Source of the DNA: the human T2T-CHM13v2.0 reference genome, Homo sapiens
Length of the DNA stretch: 64,000 bases
Strand: one strand, 5' to 3'
Assembly (NCBI RefSeq): GCF_009914755.1
Contig: NC_060934.1
The position numbers and the translations under genes are program-made. Below, in pieces: positions 31,597 to 43,175 of the stretch (the stretch's first letter is position 1; each line of letters begins with the position of its first letter). The notes beneath the pieces are model-generated. The model had not been told where the DNA came from. It worked only from the letters and a program-made list of their open reading frames with translations, and ran no database searches.

Positions 31597-32352
31597 TAGA
31601 GACGGACTAGCTGGATTTCCTAGGCTGACTAAGAATCCCTAAGCTTAGCTGGGAAGGTGACCGCATCCACCTTTAAACACGGGGCTTGCAACTGAGCTCA
31701 CACACGACCAGTCAGGTAGTAAAGAGAGCTCACTAAAATGTTCATTAGGCAAAAACAGGAGGTAAAGAATTAGCCAATCATCTGTCGCCTGAGAGCACGG
31801 CAGGAGGGACAATGATCGGGATATAAACCCCGGCATTCGAGCCAGCAACGGCGACCCACTTTGGGTTCCCTCCCATTGTATGGGAGCTCTGTTTTCACTC
31901 TATTAAATCTTGCAACTGCACACTCTTCTGGTCCGTGTTTGTTACAGCTCAAGCTGAGCTTTCGCTCGCCGTCCACCACTGCTGTTTGCCGGCGTAGCAG
32001 ACCCGCCGCTGACTTGGACCCTCCGGATCCGGCAGGGTGTCCGCTGTGCTCCTGATCCAGCGAGGTGCCCATTGCTGCTCCTGATCGGGCTAAAGGTTCA
32101 CCATCGTTCCTGCACGGCTAAGTGTCTGGGGTTCGTCCTAATGGAGCTGAACACTAGTTGCTGGGTTCCACGGTTCTCTTCTGTGACCCACGGCTTCTAA
32201 TAGAGCTATAACACTCACCGCATGGCCCAAGATTCCATTCTTTGGAATCCGTGAGGCCAAGAACCCCAGGTCAGAGAACAAGAGGCTTGCTGCCGTCTTG
32301 GAAGTGGCCTGCCACCATCTTGGGAGCTCTAAGAACAAGGATCCCCCGGTAA
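31597..32352 (+). mobile_element. LTR17 (HERV-W) full-length solo LTR, U3-R-U5
   Basis: GGACTAGCTGGATTTCCTAGGCTGACTAAGAATCCCTAAG...GATATAAACCC...ATTAAATCTTGCAACTG...GCCACCATCTTGGGAGCTCT...CCCCCGGTAA; no PBS or internal sequence follows. Confidence 0.93.
31774..31827 (+). promoter_or_regulatory. LTR17 core promoter (CCAAT box + TATA box)
   Basis: CCAAT 31774-31778 and TATAAA 31822-31827 at their expected U3 positions; activity not shown. Confidence 0.55.
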
Positions 32353-32384
32353 GAAAATCAATGGGCATCCCCACTCCCAGTACA

Positions 32385-32441
32385 GATACAGACACGTACA
32401 CAGAGCCACACACACGGGCACACACACACACACACACACAC
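32385..32441. repeat. Imperfect (CA)n
   Basis: Seen directly. Confidence 0.85.
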
Positions 32442-32496
32442 CCATATCTCTGTGGTCAAAACCCATCATCACTATCCTTCCCAGTCTTTCTAAAGC

Positions 32497-32720
32497 ACAG
32501 TCAGCAAACCAGGTCACAGGTCAAATTCTGGCTCAACACCTGTTTTTACATTAAAAAACAATTATTGGGGCACAGTGGCACCCCTTTGTTTCCGGGTGGT
32601 CTACGGCTGCTTTGGTGATGCCTGAGTTGAGTTGAAGAGCTGCAGCAGATACCCCAGGGGCTGTAAAGTGGACACGATTTACCACCTGGCCTTTACAGGA
32701 AAAGGTGGCTGCACTTTTGC
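32497..32720. mobile_element. MER58A (hAT-Charlie MITE)
   Basis: GTCAGCAAAC...CCTGTTTTT...GTCTACGGCTGCTTT...CTGGCCTTTACAGGAAAAG. Confidence 0.7.
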
Positions 32721-32972
32721 TGAGTGAGTTCCATGTCACCTGGATGTGGCGCATCCTCCTGGGCTGGACGCCTGGCCTGCTGTTCCTCCCTTTGGCTCCC
32801 CCAGCATGGAGTGGGAGGCCATGTCGGCTGAAGGGGCCACTGCAGGGCCTCAGCCAGCTCCTTGAGCAATGGAAACCTGTGCATCCCTCTTCTTAAGAGT
32901 GCTGGCCGCTGCGTAGCCGGCTCCCAGCTTGCTGGTTCCAGCCCCTCCCCAGACACATTTAACTCTTCCCTA

Positions 32973-33368
32973 TGTTAAATCAAGGTTAGCGTAAAGCTGC
33001 CTTCTTACATATTTTAAGTTTGGCCTAAAGGTTTCTCTGTACATTGGGAACTATAACCTAAACAGAGTTGTAAACAGACTGTATCCTACTCTTGCGCCAA
33101 TCACCAAGTTTTGGCCAATCAAAGGTGGCTGACTGTTCAAACTGTGTTCAAATACAGTAAATGCTGAGCTGTTTCTGTATCTCACTTCCATTTTCTGTAC
33201 ATCACTTTTCTTCTTCTGTTCATAAATCTTCCACCATGTGGCTACGTTGGCGTCTCTGAGTCTGCTGTGGCTCAGGAGGTGGCCTGATTGAGAATCGTTC
33301 TTTGCTCAATTAAACTCTGATAAATTTAATTCAGCTGAAGTTTTTTTTTTTTTTTTTTTTTTTTAATA
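32973..33368 (+). mobile_element. MER57-like ERV1 solo LTR
   Basis: TGTTAAAT...AAAGCTGCC...TTAAGTTTGGCCTAAAGGTTTCTC...GCTCAATTAAACTCTG...TTTTAATA; TSD CCTA/CCTG; terminal T run expanded. Confidence 0.85.
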
Positions 33369-33840
33369 CCTGAGTCACTCTCTCTCCCTCAGTCATGTCT
33401 CTGGGCTCTGCCCCGTGGCTGGCTGTTCTCTCCAAAGCCAAGGTGGCTTTCAAGGTGCTCTGCAAATCCATGCAGTCTCCTTCTGAGAGAAGCCTTTCCT
33501 CCCTTCGGAGGCAGGAGCCGCGGCCGTCGAGTGGGTGGAAGTGGCACACGCTTCCTCTCATTGCACTGCAGTACTGGCACCCTGGTGGGCCTGGTGAGGC
33601 TGTTCTGTCTGGGATGGAGCCACAGGTGGCCCTCTGGAGTCGTGCTCAGCTGAGGCCACATCTCAAGATGGCGACTTCTCTTCCGAAAATAAAGAAGTGG
33701 CGTTGTAAGAGCAAGGCTTAGGGAATCACCAAGGCTTCTGCAACACTGAGTCAGCCAGTTTTGGAATCCACTCGCATTTTCCTTGTTTTTAGATCCAGCT
33801 GCTGGAGATCACCCTGCTCTTGGCCCTCTGGGCCCCTCCC

Positions 33841-34203
33841 TGTTGGAGGCCACACAAATGTTTCTTATGATTAGGCATAATTGAAGCCTGTCAGTAACAG
33901 CCTGTCAGTAACAATATGAACCTGCGATCAATTAAGCAGCTGACCAATCATTACCTCCTCCTCCCTGTCCTTGTTACCGAATAAATATGAAGGGCTGTAG
34001 AAGGTTGGGGAGGTGCCTTTGCTCACTAGAAGTGGGGAGCTGTCTTCTTCCCCAAGCTAACCTTTCCTTAAAACAGTTTCTTTTGTTTTTTGTTATCATT
34101 TCTATGTTTGTCCCTTCGTTCAGTCATAATGATGGTCTCAAGTGGTAACAGTAGTAACTTCTGTAATGATGGTTTCAAGTAGTAACAGTGGCAGTCAGCC
34201 ACA
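33841..34203 (+). mobile_element. ERV1 solo LTR (LTR21-like, apparently internally deleted)
   Basis: TG...CA termini (TGTTGGAGGCC...GTCAGCCACA), flanking CTCCC near-TSD, GATCAATTAAGCAGCTGACCAATC; family name from memory. Confidence 0.65.
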
Positions 34204-35533
34204 CCTCCCTGTGCCTTCCAGGGCGGACCCTGCCTCTGTCCTCTGTGTTGTCCTCTGAGACCCTGACTCCTGGGCTTTCTGAGAGCTCCTGGCCCCCTGC
34301 CTTTCATCGTGGCAGACACCGAGGGGGAAACCAGGACAGAGTGTCCCTGCCTCTGCATGAGAAACCTCCCAGTGACAGAGGAGGCCCCTCCCATCTCAGT
34401 TTTAGCTCTTGGCTTTTTGAAATGAAAGCTTATTTTACTTCTGATTTTATCGGGTTTTGGTTTTAAAGAGTTGGCCCCTGTCCCACCTCCTCTGGATGCC
34501 TGGGTCTTCCCTGCAGCAGGATGTCTCGCTCCACCAGCACTCTGCCCAAGTGAGGGAAGGAGGGCGGGCCACGTGGGCCTCGGGCACGGCAGCTGCGACA
34601 GAGGGAGAGACAGGCTGGAGCTGCTCGGGGTGCTCCAGGCTCACAGGTAGGAGCATCCCTCTCATCCTTCAATCCTCCCGTGTGGTCTCAGCATCTGGGC
34701 CAAACTCCTCCCAGCCCCTTCAGCTGAATCCTTCCCCAGTGGTCACACTGGGCAGGAACAGAACGGCCTCTGTCTTCATCACTTCCGTCTCCAAGCACCT
34801 TGCCCGCCCAGCGTGTTCTAGCTGCCGACTGAGACACGCCCACTTATTCTACCAATTCAGCGCACTCCATTTCCGCTCAGAAACCAAAACTTAGTGGAGA
34901 GCCCCAGCGGCCGTGGTTCCCAGAAGACTCTCCCATAAGATGCACCGCCGTCCGTGTAGCTTGGCCTAACAATATGCCTGTTTTTAGATGAAAAACCTCC
35001 TCTGCCCAACACGACCCATCCCTTAGAGTTCAAAACCAAACTCACCTGGACCAAACCTGAGGCCACGTTGAAACAAGGCGCAGTGAGCTTTGCGTAAGTG
35101 TGGACAGTTTTCCGAGTTGTGGCACAGGATTCTGTCTTTGTCTTTACCTCAGCTGAAGTGGAAACTCAGTCCGTGGCCCCCGCAAATGCAGAGGTGCTGG
35201 TGACGCAGGGAGCCCATGGAGTACTTACCGGTTCCCTGAGCTTTTTCTTCATGCGTGTTCTTCTGGCCCCTGAGCTGAGCTGTGAAGTGACTGACCCAGG
35301 ACCCCAGCCAGGGCTGTTGGAACCCAGAGGCCTGAATCCAAGGCTGTGCTTCTCCTCGAAGGTTTACAGTGACGGGTGCTGTGCTGGCTGGGGGAGCGGG
35401 GCTTCCTGCCCTGACCAGCTTCCAGCCTGCCATGCACGCAGGGTCGGCGAAGGCCCAAGAGGGCTGCATGGGCAGGAAAAGGATCCTCTTCTCATAGTTC
35501 ACTAACTGCCATCGTGGGGCTGGCGGAAAGGCT

Positions 35534-35734
35534 GCTCTCGCTCTCTCGCTCTCTCTCTCTCTCGCTCTCTCGCTCTCTCTCGCTCTCTTTCTCTCGCTCT
35601 CTCGCTCTCTCTCGCTCTCTCTCTCTCTCGCTCTCTCGCTCGCTCTCTCGCTCTCTCGCGCTCTCTCTCTCTCTCTCGCTCTCTCTCTCTCGCTCTCTCT
35701 CTCGCTCTCTCTCTCGCTCTCTCGCTCTCTCTCG
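35534..35734. repeat. (CT)n tract interspersed with CG
   Basis: ~200 bp, 20 CpGs by manual count. Confidence 0.97.
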
Positions 35735-36852
35735 TGGAGGATTTTGGCATGTGCCCTCTGGGTAGTTTGGTTGGTTGGGAGTTCCCTTCCCCTATGAGAC
35801 TTGATTTCTTTGAGCCAGTCTTGTGGATTTTGCACTGGGAAGGAAGAGACCTCCTAGCTGTTTTTCTCTGCCAGCCTGAGCAGGTGACACACTCACCCGC
35901 AGCTGCCGCCCAGCAGGAGGGGGCTGATCTGCAGTACAGATGCCCATGAGGGCAGGGAGGTAGGACACCAGAGTACAGAGGCTCAGCCAGCGCCCACCTC
36001 TCTGTGGACTGACAGCCAGATTGCATGTGCTGTGCTCGGCTTGTAGACATCGAAGACCAGGTTCTAGAGGCATCTGCGTTTGCAGTCACCTCGTCCAGGA
36101 CCCGGGCTCAGAGAAACAGCTCTTTGTTGATACAGCTGTTGCTGCCTGTACCCATGCTCAAACCCGCAGATCTGCTGGCACACTTCCCGTGGGCTTGCTC
36201 TCTGTGCCCAGTGTCTGGTCTTGGTCCGGGTTAAAAAGCACAGGCTGACACCTCCGGAGCTTTGTCTGGGGACTGCCCTGGGTCCTCTGCTGCTGTCCAG
36301 GGGGGTGTGTTGGGGATGTTCTGGCACCAAAGCCGCGCAGGAGGAGTGTGCCGGATGGACGCTCTATTCTGGAGCAGGTGCTGTTCTCCTGCAGGCCTGA
36401 CTCTCCCGCACCAGCCTGGAGGGGGTCCCTGGGAAGGGGACTCTGCAGGAGGTTAGGGACAGGAGCTTGTTAAGGCGCACCTGGGGTCTGTGTCCATGTA
36501 AGGGAGGGGAAGGAGCAGGAGGGGAGGCGTGAGAGGTGCGTGGCAGTGGAGGTTTACCCTGCAGAACTGTGGTGCTGGATGGCCTTCCGAGGCACTGACT
36601 TGGGACAAGGCTGGGCTGTTGTTCACCTGTGTGGGTTAGGCCCTGGATGTGGCTGCCCTGGGGAGGGTGGTGGCCTGGTGAAGCAGCTCTCCTTAGCAAA
36701 GGTGAGGGCTGCTGGCGAAGCCGTGCACACCTGTAGTCTGAGATGGGCCACGAGCAGATGCTGGGGCTGCCTGGGCCTCACAGAGACTGATGTCCAGCCT
36801 CCCCCAAGAAAAGCCCATTGTCCATCTGCATGCAGAGTCTTCTGAGTGTAGT

Positions 36853-36975
36853 GTCATTTGTTTATTTTAAAACTATCTTTGAGCATTGACTGTCTGCAGG
36901 GCACCGAGCTTGGCACTGGAGGTAAAAGAGTGAGTGACAAGGCAGATTAGGCTATTGCCCGCCCTGGTGAGGCTG
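36853..36975 (-). mobile_element. L2 3' fragment
   Basis: TCATTTGTTTA...TTGAGCATTGACTGT...GGCACTGGAGGTAAA. Confidence 0.5.
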
Positions 36976-38534
36976 CATGTTTGCAGAGAGAAAGAAGAAA
37001 AGAGGAGGAGAAAGAGAGAGGGAGGGAAGGAGGAAGGGAGATAGGGAGGGAGAAAAAAATAGCAAGAAATATACCCAGTCTAAATGGCATCTCAATTGGA
37101 TAGCTTTGACAACATGCCAGAAAAGATGAAATTATGTGGATGCCCAGCCAGTTACCTGCTGTGGAGGATGGGTTTTGGGCCATATTCTTGGTCTTGTTTC
37201 CTTATCTGTGCCCCTGATTTAGTGTTTCAACTTTACAAAAATGTGAAAAATGTAAAATGTGTGTAGAAACAAGCTTCATAACATGGACTCGTCACTGTCG
37301 GGAATTTACTGGAAGTGTGTGTGAGTTGGTGTCTTCTGCCCTCTGTCAGTCACTGGTCTCTGGATAAGCATGCTATCAGGCCCCCAGCTCTTTTTCTTGG
37401 CTGTTCTCACAGAGGCCAGAGCAGGCTGCAGCAGCCACCGGGGGTGGCCTGTAAATCATTAGCGATGACAGTAGTAAGTGAAACAGACACAATCCTGTTG
37501 TGTGTCAAGCAGGGAGTCAGATGTGCATGCCGCGCTCCAGCGCTCCCACGAGCTCAGCACACAGAGCTGCACTCCCCGTGCCTTGCCAATGGCATTGCAG
37601 GTGGCTCTCCCTACTTCAAAGGAATGCAGAGCCACCCCAGGTTAACTGCACAGTTCTTGGAGCCTGGGTGCTGAGTGCATGAACAAGCTCTCCAGGTGGC
37701 TGTGCATGTGCTTCCAAGGCCTGGTCCCGGGAGAGGGCTGTGTGTCCCACAGGGTGCTGCTCAGGGACAGCAGGTCCTCCGCCTTCCAGACTCTTCACCT
37801 CCTGAAGTGGCAGGTCCTGGGAATGAAATGGAGAGGCTGTTGCCAATGTTGAGATGAGAATCTTGCTCTGCCATCTGGGACAGGCTTCAGGGCCTGGCTG
37901 TTGGGGATCTATGTGCCACAGAAGTGGGCAGAATCTGTCTGGGGGTGTCTGGCCAGTGCTTTCCTAGGAGACTTCTGGGCTTTTGGGTTGCCCGGTTCTT
38001 AGAAGTTGCATTAACCAGGTGCTCCTGGGCAAGTAGCAACTTGATGGTGCCCTAGTGAGCTTCTCGGGGAGGGTGATCTCTGTTCCTCCTGATGGGAGGG
38101 GGTGCAGAGGCTGGGACAGGCAGCATGGGGGGTGGGAGGGAGGATTCTGGGGACAGATCCTGAGCCCCTTCCTTAGCCTCGCTGAGCCTTACTTGGTGTT
38201 TGGGTAAGTGGGAAGCATCTCTTCTCCGGACCCTGGCCAGCACCATGGCAGCCTCCCAGGGTAGGTGTGTTCCGTCTTCTTCCTGCTTATAGGTTTATTT
38301 GTGGGGCAGGTGGTGGTGGCCTTGATCTCCCGGCAAAGTGAGGCTGTTCTGGGGTCTTCTGGAGAAGGCTTCCCTCCTTGACAAGGGGCAAGCACAGCAG
38401 GAGGAGAAGGTACCTGCCATCCCTGGCTGCCTCCTGCTTTGACAGTGGGCAAGTTGCCAGGAGCTGCGGCATATCCTTAGGGGAAATGCAGTATGCAGGG
38501 AGAGAGGGACCATGACACAGTGCCCAGGAGTACG

Positions 38535-38635
38535 GGCTCAGGTTTAACTCCTGCTGCTGACCCTGGGCAAGCCACTTTGTCACCGTGTGCCTCAGTTTCC
38601 CCATCTGTTAAATAGTGGTGGTAATAGTACCTGGC
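38535..38635 (+). mobile_element. MIR core
   Basis: GACCCTGGGCAAG...GTGCCTCAGTTTCCCCATCTGTTAAAT...TAATAGTACCT. Confidence 0.75.
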
Positions 38636-38664
38636 GTATGGAGCCCTAAGCATTTGCTATTGCT

Positions 38665-38960
38665 TTGTAAATTCAAAAATTAATTACATATACAGCATAT
38701 GCATACATGCTTGTTCTAAACCTTCAAACAATACAGAAGGACGTATAGAAGGATGTCCGCTCTAGAAGGACGTACACCTCCCACACCTCATCATCTCCCC
38801 TCCTCCAACCTGCTGATTTTACTTTTTCCACTAGAGGTAATCGCTGCTAAGAGCTTGGAATTTTTTTTTCCAGAATTTTTTATGGGTATCTCATTTTTCA
38901 TAAGTGGGATTATACTATATAAATGGTTGAGTATCTTGCTTTTTCACTTGATGTGTATAA
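38665..38960 (-). mobile_element. L1ME-type fragment
   Basis: TCCACTAGAGGTAATCGCTGCTAAGAG...TGGGATTATACTATAT...TTGCTTTTTCACTT. Confidence 0.5.
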
Positions 38961-38977
38961 GAGTTTTCTACCGGTGT

Positions 38978-39962
38978 CTTAGCAAACTTAGTATCTTAAA
39001 ATGAACAATAACCATTTCTTACCTCGCTGTGTCTGTGCGTCAGAAGCCCGGGCCTGGTGTGCTTCGCTGGTTCTCGGCTTAGTGTGGCACTGGACAAAGT
39101 TGATGCACTGCGGGGCCATCTTCCTTTCCAGAGGCTCGGGATGAATCTACTCCCAAGCTCACTCAGGTGTTGGCAGGATGTAGTTCATGCAGCTGTAGGA
39201 CTGAGGTCCCTGTGTCCACACTGACTGTCAGTGGGGGGAAGTCCTCAGGGCTACAGGCTGCCTCAGCCCTTGATGGGTGGCCCCTTGCTCCTTCTCCAGA
39301 GCAGGCCAGGTGCTCCCAGTCTCTCTCACCACCTTTCCCCCTCAAGTCTATGGCTCTTCTGTCCCTTGTCTGCCTTTAAGGGCTCATGTGATGACCCTTG
39401 TCCACCCAGTTATCCCCCTATTTTACAGTCAGCTGATTAGCAGATCTGGTTCCGTCTGCAGAGTCCCTTTGTATGAACAGTGGGTTGGATAGTGTCCCCC
39501 AAATTGATGGCCATCCAGAACCTCATCATGGGGTGGTGTTTGAACATAGGTTTCTGTAGAAATGATTAGTTAAGAAGTGATATCTTACTAGATTAGGGTG
39601 GGTCCTAAATCCAATGACTGAGACCCTCATAAGAAGAGGAAAAGACAGAGATGCAGAGAAAGTGGCAACGTGAAGGCGGAAGTGGAGGCTGGAATGATGG
39701 AGGAAGGCACGGATGGCCAGTAGCTGCAGAAGCTGGGAAGAGGGTAGGGGGTGATTGCTTAGCCTTCAGAGGGAGTGTGGCCCCGCCCAGAGCTCTGTCT
39801 TGACTTCTAGCCCCTGGAACTGGGAGAGAATAAGTGTCTGTGTTTTCAGGCCTCCAGCGTGCGGCAGTTCGTGATGGCAGTTCTAGGAAGCAGATGCAGC
39901 GGCAATGCTAAGTGGGTGCTCCCTGGAGTCTGGAGGGCACGTCTGTAGAATTCTGCCTAACA
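38978..39962 (-). mobile_element. MLT1E-like LTR split by MLT1C
   Basis: CCAAGCTCACTCAGGTGTTGGCAGGAT...GCTGTAGGACTGAGGTCCC...TTTAAGGGCTCATGTGAT; terminus TAGAATTCTGCCTAACA. Confidence 0.7.
39478..39898 (+). mobile_element. MLT1C-like LTR nested in MLT1E
   Basis: GATTAGGGTGGGTCCTAAATCCAATGACTG...AGCCTTCAGAGGGAGTGTGGCCC...GAACTGGGAGAGAATAA. Confidence 0.8.
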
Positions 39963-40684
39963 TGGTGTGTAGTGAAGTTCTTTGTAAGTGCAAAGCATTG
40001 TTATGATGAAGCAGGTATAATAACTGCCTTCCCCTTTACAAAGACACTCTTTACATGCATGGCGCCAGTGTTATCACCAGGTGATGCGGTTGGCGGGGAC
40101 AGGCCTTCAAACTTTCATTCTGTAATTAATAGTCTGGATGTCAGAAGGCAGAGGCAATGAATAAAACACATTCATGGCTGTGGAGTCATGCAACGATGAC
40201 ATGTGATTTACTGTCAGATCAATCTGGACAGGCAGGAAGAGGCTGAGACAGAGGCGAAGAATTGGGAAATCTGGTCGTTCATTGAATCTGCTGGAGCTAA
40301 TGAAGCCTGCAGAAGGAGAAGGAAACAGCTTATTGGCCATAAATGCCTTGGGACCTCTGACCCCACAGGCTCCGCTGTTATCCTGGTCCCATCTGATGCC
40401 AGGGAGGGCTTCCCCTGGATTTATCTCTGCTGTGGGATTTAATGGCAGTTGGGAAAAAAATCATTGTGAATATCCTGCAGCAAGAATATGGAGATGTAAA
40501 TATTTTTCTCAATGAGGACATTAATATTGAAGGTTTCTCAGCCCTCAAATATTGAGGGATTCTGTGATAATCCACATTTACTCGCATTCCCTTAACTGTA
40601 TGTGTGAATATACAAATATGTGTAGATTGGTTCTTGTGTCCAAAAATACCTGGATACTGGGGAAGAAAAGGCCTGTTACTTCTT

Positions 40685-41523
40685 TTTTTAAAAAAATTTA
40701 TTTTATTTTATTTTACTTTACATTCCGGGATACACATGCAGGATGTGCGGGTTTGTTACGTAGGTACGCATGTGCCATGGTGGTTTGCTGCACCTATAAA
40801 CCCATCATCTAGGTTTTAAGCCCCGCATGCATTTGGTATTTGTCCTAATGCTCTCCTCCCCTTGCACCCCACCCCCCTCTGCCCGACAGGCCCCGGTGTG
40901 TGATGTTCCCCTCCCTGTGTCCATGTGTTCTCATTGTTCACTTCCCACTTATGAGTGAGAGCATTTGGTGTTTGGTTTTCTGTTCCTGTGTAAGTTTGCT
41001 GAGAATGATGGTTTCCGGCTTCATCCATGTCCCTGCAAAAGACAAACTCATTCTTTTTTATGGCTGCATAGTATTCCATGGTATATATATGTGGCACACT
41101 TTCTTTATCCAGTCTATCATTGATGGGCATTTGGGTTGGTTCCAAGTCTTTGCTATTGTAAATTGTGCTGCAATAAACATATGTGTGCATGTGTCTTTAT
41201 AGTAGAATGATTTATAATCCTTTGGCTATATACCCAGTAATGGGATTGCTAGGTCAAATGGTATTTCTGGTTATAGATCCTTGAGGAATTGCCACACTGT
41301 CTTCCACAATGGTTGAACTAATTTACACTCCCACCAACAGTGTAAAAGCATTCCTATTTCTCCACAGCCTCACCAGCATCTGTTGTTTCCTGACTTTTTA
41401 ATGATCGCCATTCTAACTGGCATGAGATGGTATCTCATTGTGGTTTTGATTTGCATTGCTCTAATGGCCAGTGATGGTGAGCTTCTTTTCATATGTTTGT
41501 TGGCCACACACATGTCTTCTTTT
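40685..41523 (-). mobile_element. 5'-truncated L1PA8-like element
   Basis: Primate L1 3' UTR/ORF2 end (TCTAGGTTTTAAGCCCCGCATGCATT); 17-bp TSD AAGG(C/G)CTGTTACTTCTT at 40668-40684 / 41524-41540. Confidence 0.93.
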
Positions 41524-41614
41524 AAGGGCTGTTACTTCTTGCATGGGGAGAAGAAAAGCCAGCCCAGGACAACACGGCTTCAGTGCTATCTTGTTGTAGG
41601 GGAGGGTGAGGCCC

Positions 41615-41880
41615 ATGGTGATAAACAACCCCCAAATTTTAGTGGCTTAAAACCATAAAGGTTTTATTCCCTCACTCCCCTTCTCCATCAGACACTGGGG
41701 TGGGCTCTCCCAGCACCCAAGCTCTACCACCTGCTGAGTCCCCAACTTAGCCACTGGGGAAGTGAGTACCGGCACAGTCAATGCTCACCACGAAGCATTT
41801 TGGCTGAGAAGTGACACAGAACATGTGTGCTCACATTTCATCAGTAGAGCCAGATGCATGATTGCTCCTAGCTTTGGGGG
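41615..41880 (-). mobile_element. MLT1K-like fragment
   Basis: AAACAACCCCCAAATTTTAGTGGCTTAAAAC...GAAGTGACAC...GCTCACATTTCAT. Confidence 0.5.
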
Positions 41881-42049
41881 AAGGACAGATTAAACCCTAA
41901 GGCTGTGCCCCAAGAAGGGGAGGGTTAGAGAGTGGTGGACGTTAGGAAGGCCACCAGGAAGGCTGGGGGAGGAATCACTCTCATTCTTTGCGATGATCCC
42001 GGAGCAGACAAAGACCACAGTGGATTTCTCAGGCAGGTTGCTGTGCCAC

Positions 42050-42699
<650 letters not shown>

Positions 42700-42744
42700 T
42701 AGGATGGACATAAAGTTCTGGGGGCCAGAGGATGAACTATCATT

Positions 42745-43175
42745 CATTAAGTTGTGGCCCCCAAAATGTATGTCTGCCTGGAAACTCAGGATGTGACCTT
42801 ATTTGAACTGCGGATATACTTGAAGCTGGGATCTCAAGACGAGGCCCTCCTGGATTAGGGTGGGTTCGAAATCCAAGGACAAGTCCTTACAAGGGAAAAG
42901 AAGGGGAAACAGACACGAATGCACAGAGGGAAAGGCCGTGTGACAATGAAGACAGGAATTAGGGGGCAGCCCCAAACCAAGGAACACTGAGGGCCGCCAG
43001 CAGCCACCGGAACCTGGGAGAAGCCGGCAGTAAGTTTCTGCCAGAGACTTTGGAGGCAGCGTGGTCTTTTCAACACATTGATTTTGGATTTCTAACTTCC
43101 AGAACTGTGAGAGGATACGTTTCTGTGGTTTTAAGGCCCAAGTTTGCAGTAATTGGTTCAGCAGCCCTAAGACCC
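42745..43175 (+). mobile_element. MLT1C-like LTR
   Basis: ATGTGACCTTATTTG...TGGATTAGGGTGGG...CCAGAACTGTGAGAG...CAGCAGCCCTA. Confidence 0.8.

Noticed and set aside
31597-32352. HERV-W provirus or processed pseudogene (syncytin-like env)
   Set aside because: Only a complete solo LTR; no PBS, gag/pol/env or poly-A tail.
35149-36089. RE/RS-rich 'SR-like protein' ORFs
   Set aside because: Translations of the (CT/CG)n microsatellite.
38093-38143. G-quadruplex-like G runs (also ~2135-2165)
   Set aside because: Expected by chance in GC-rich DNA; no functional context.
40816-41658. ORFs resembling database 'hypothetical proteins'
   Set aside because: Derived from the truncated L1PA 3' end.
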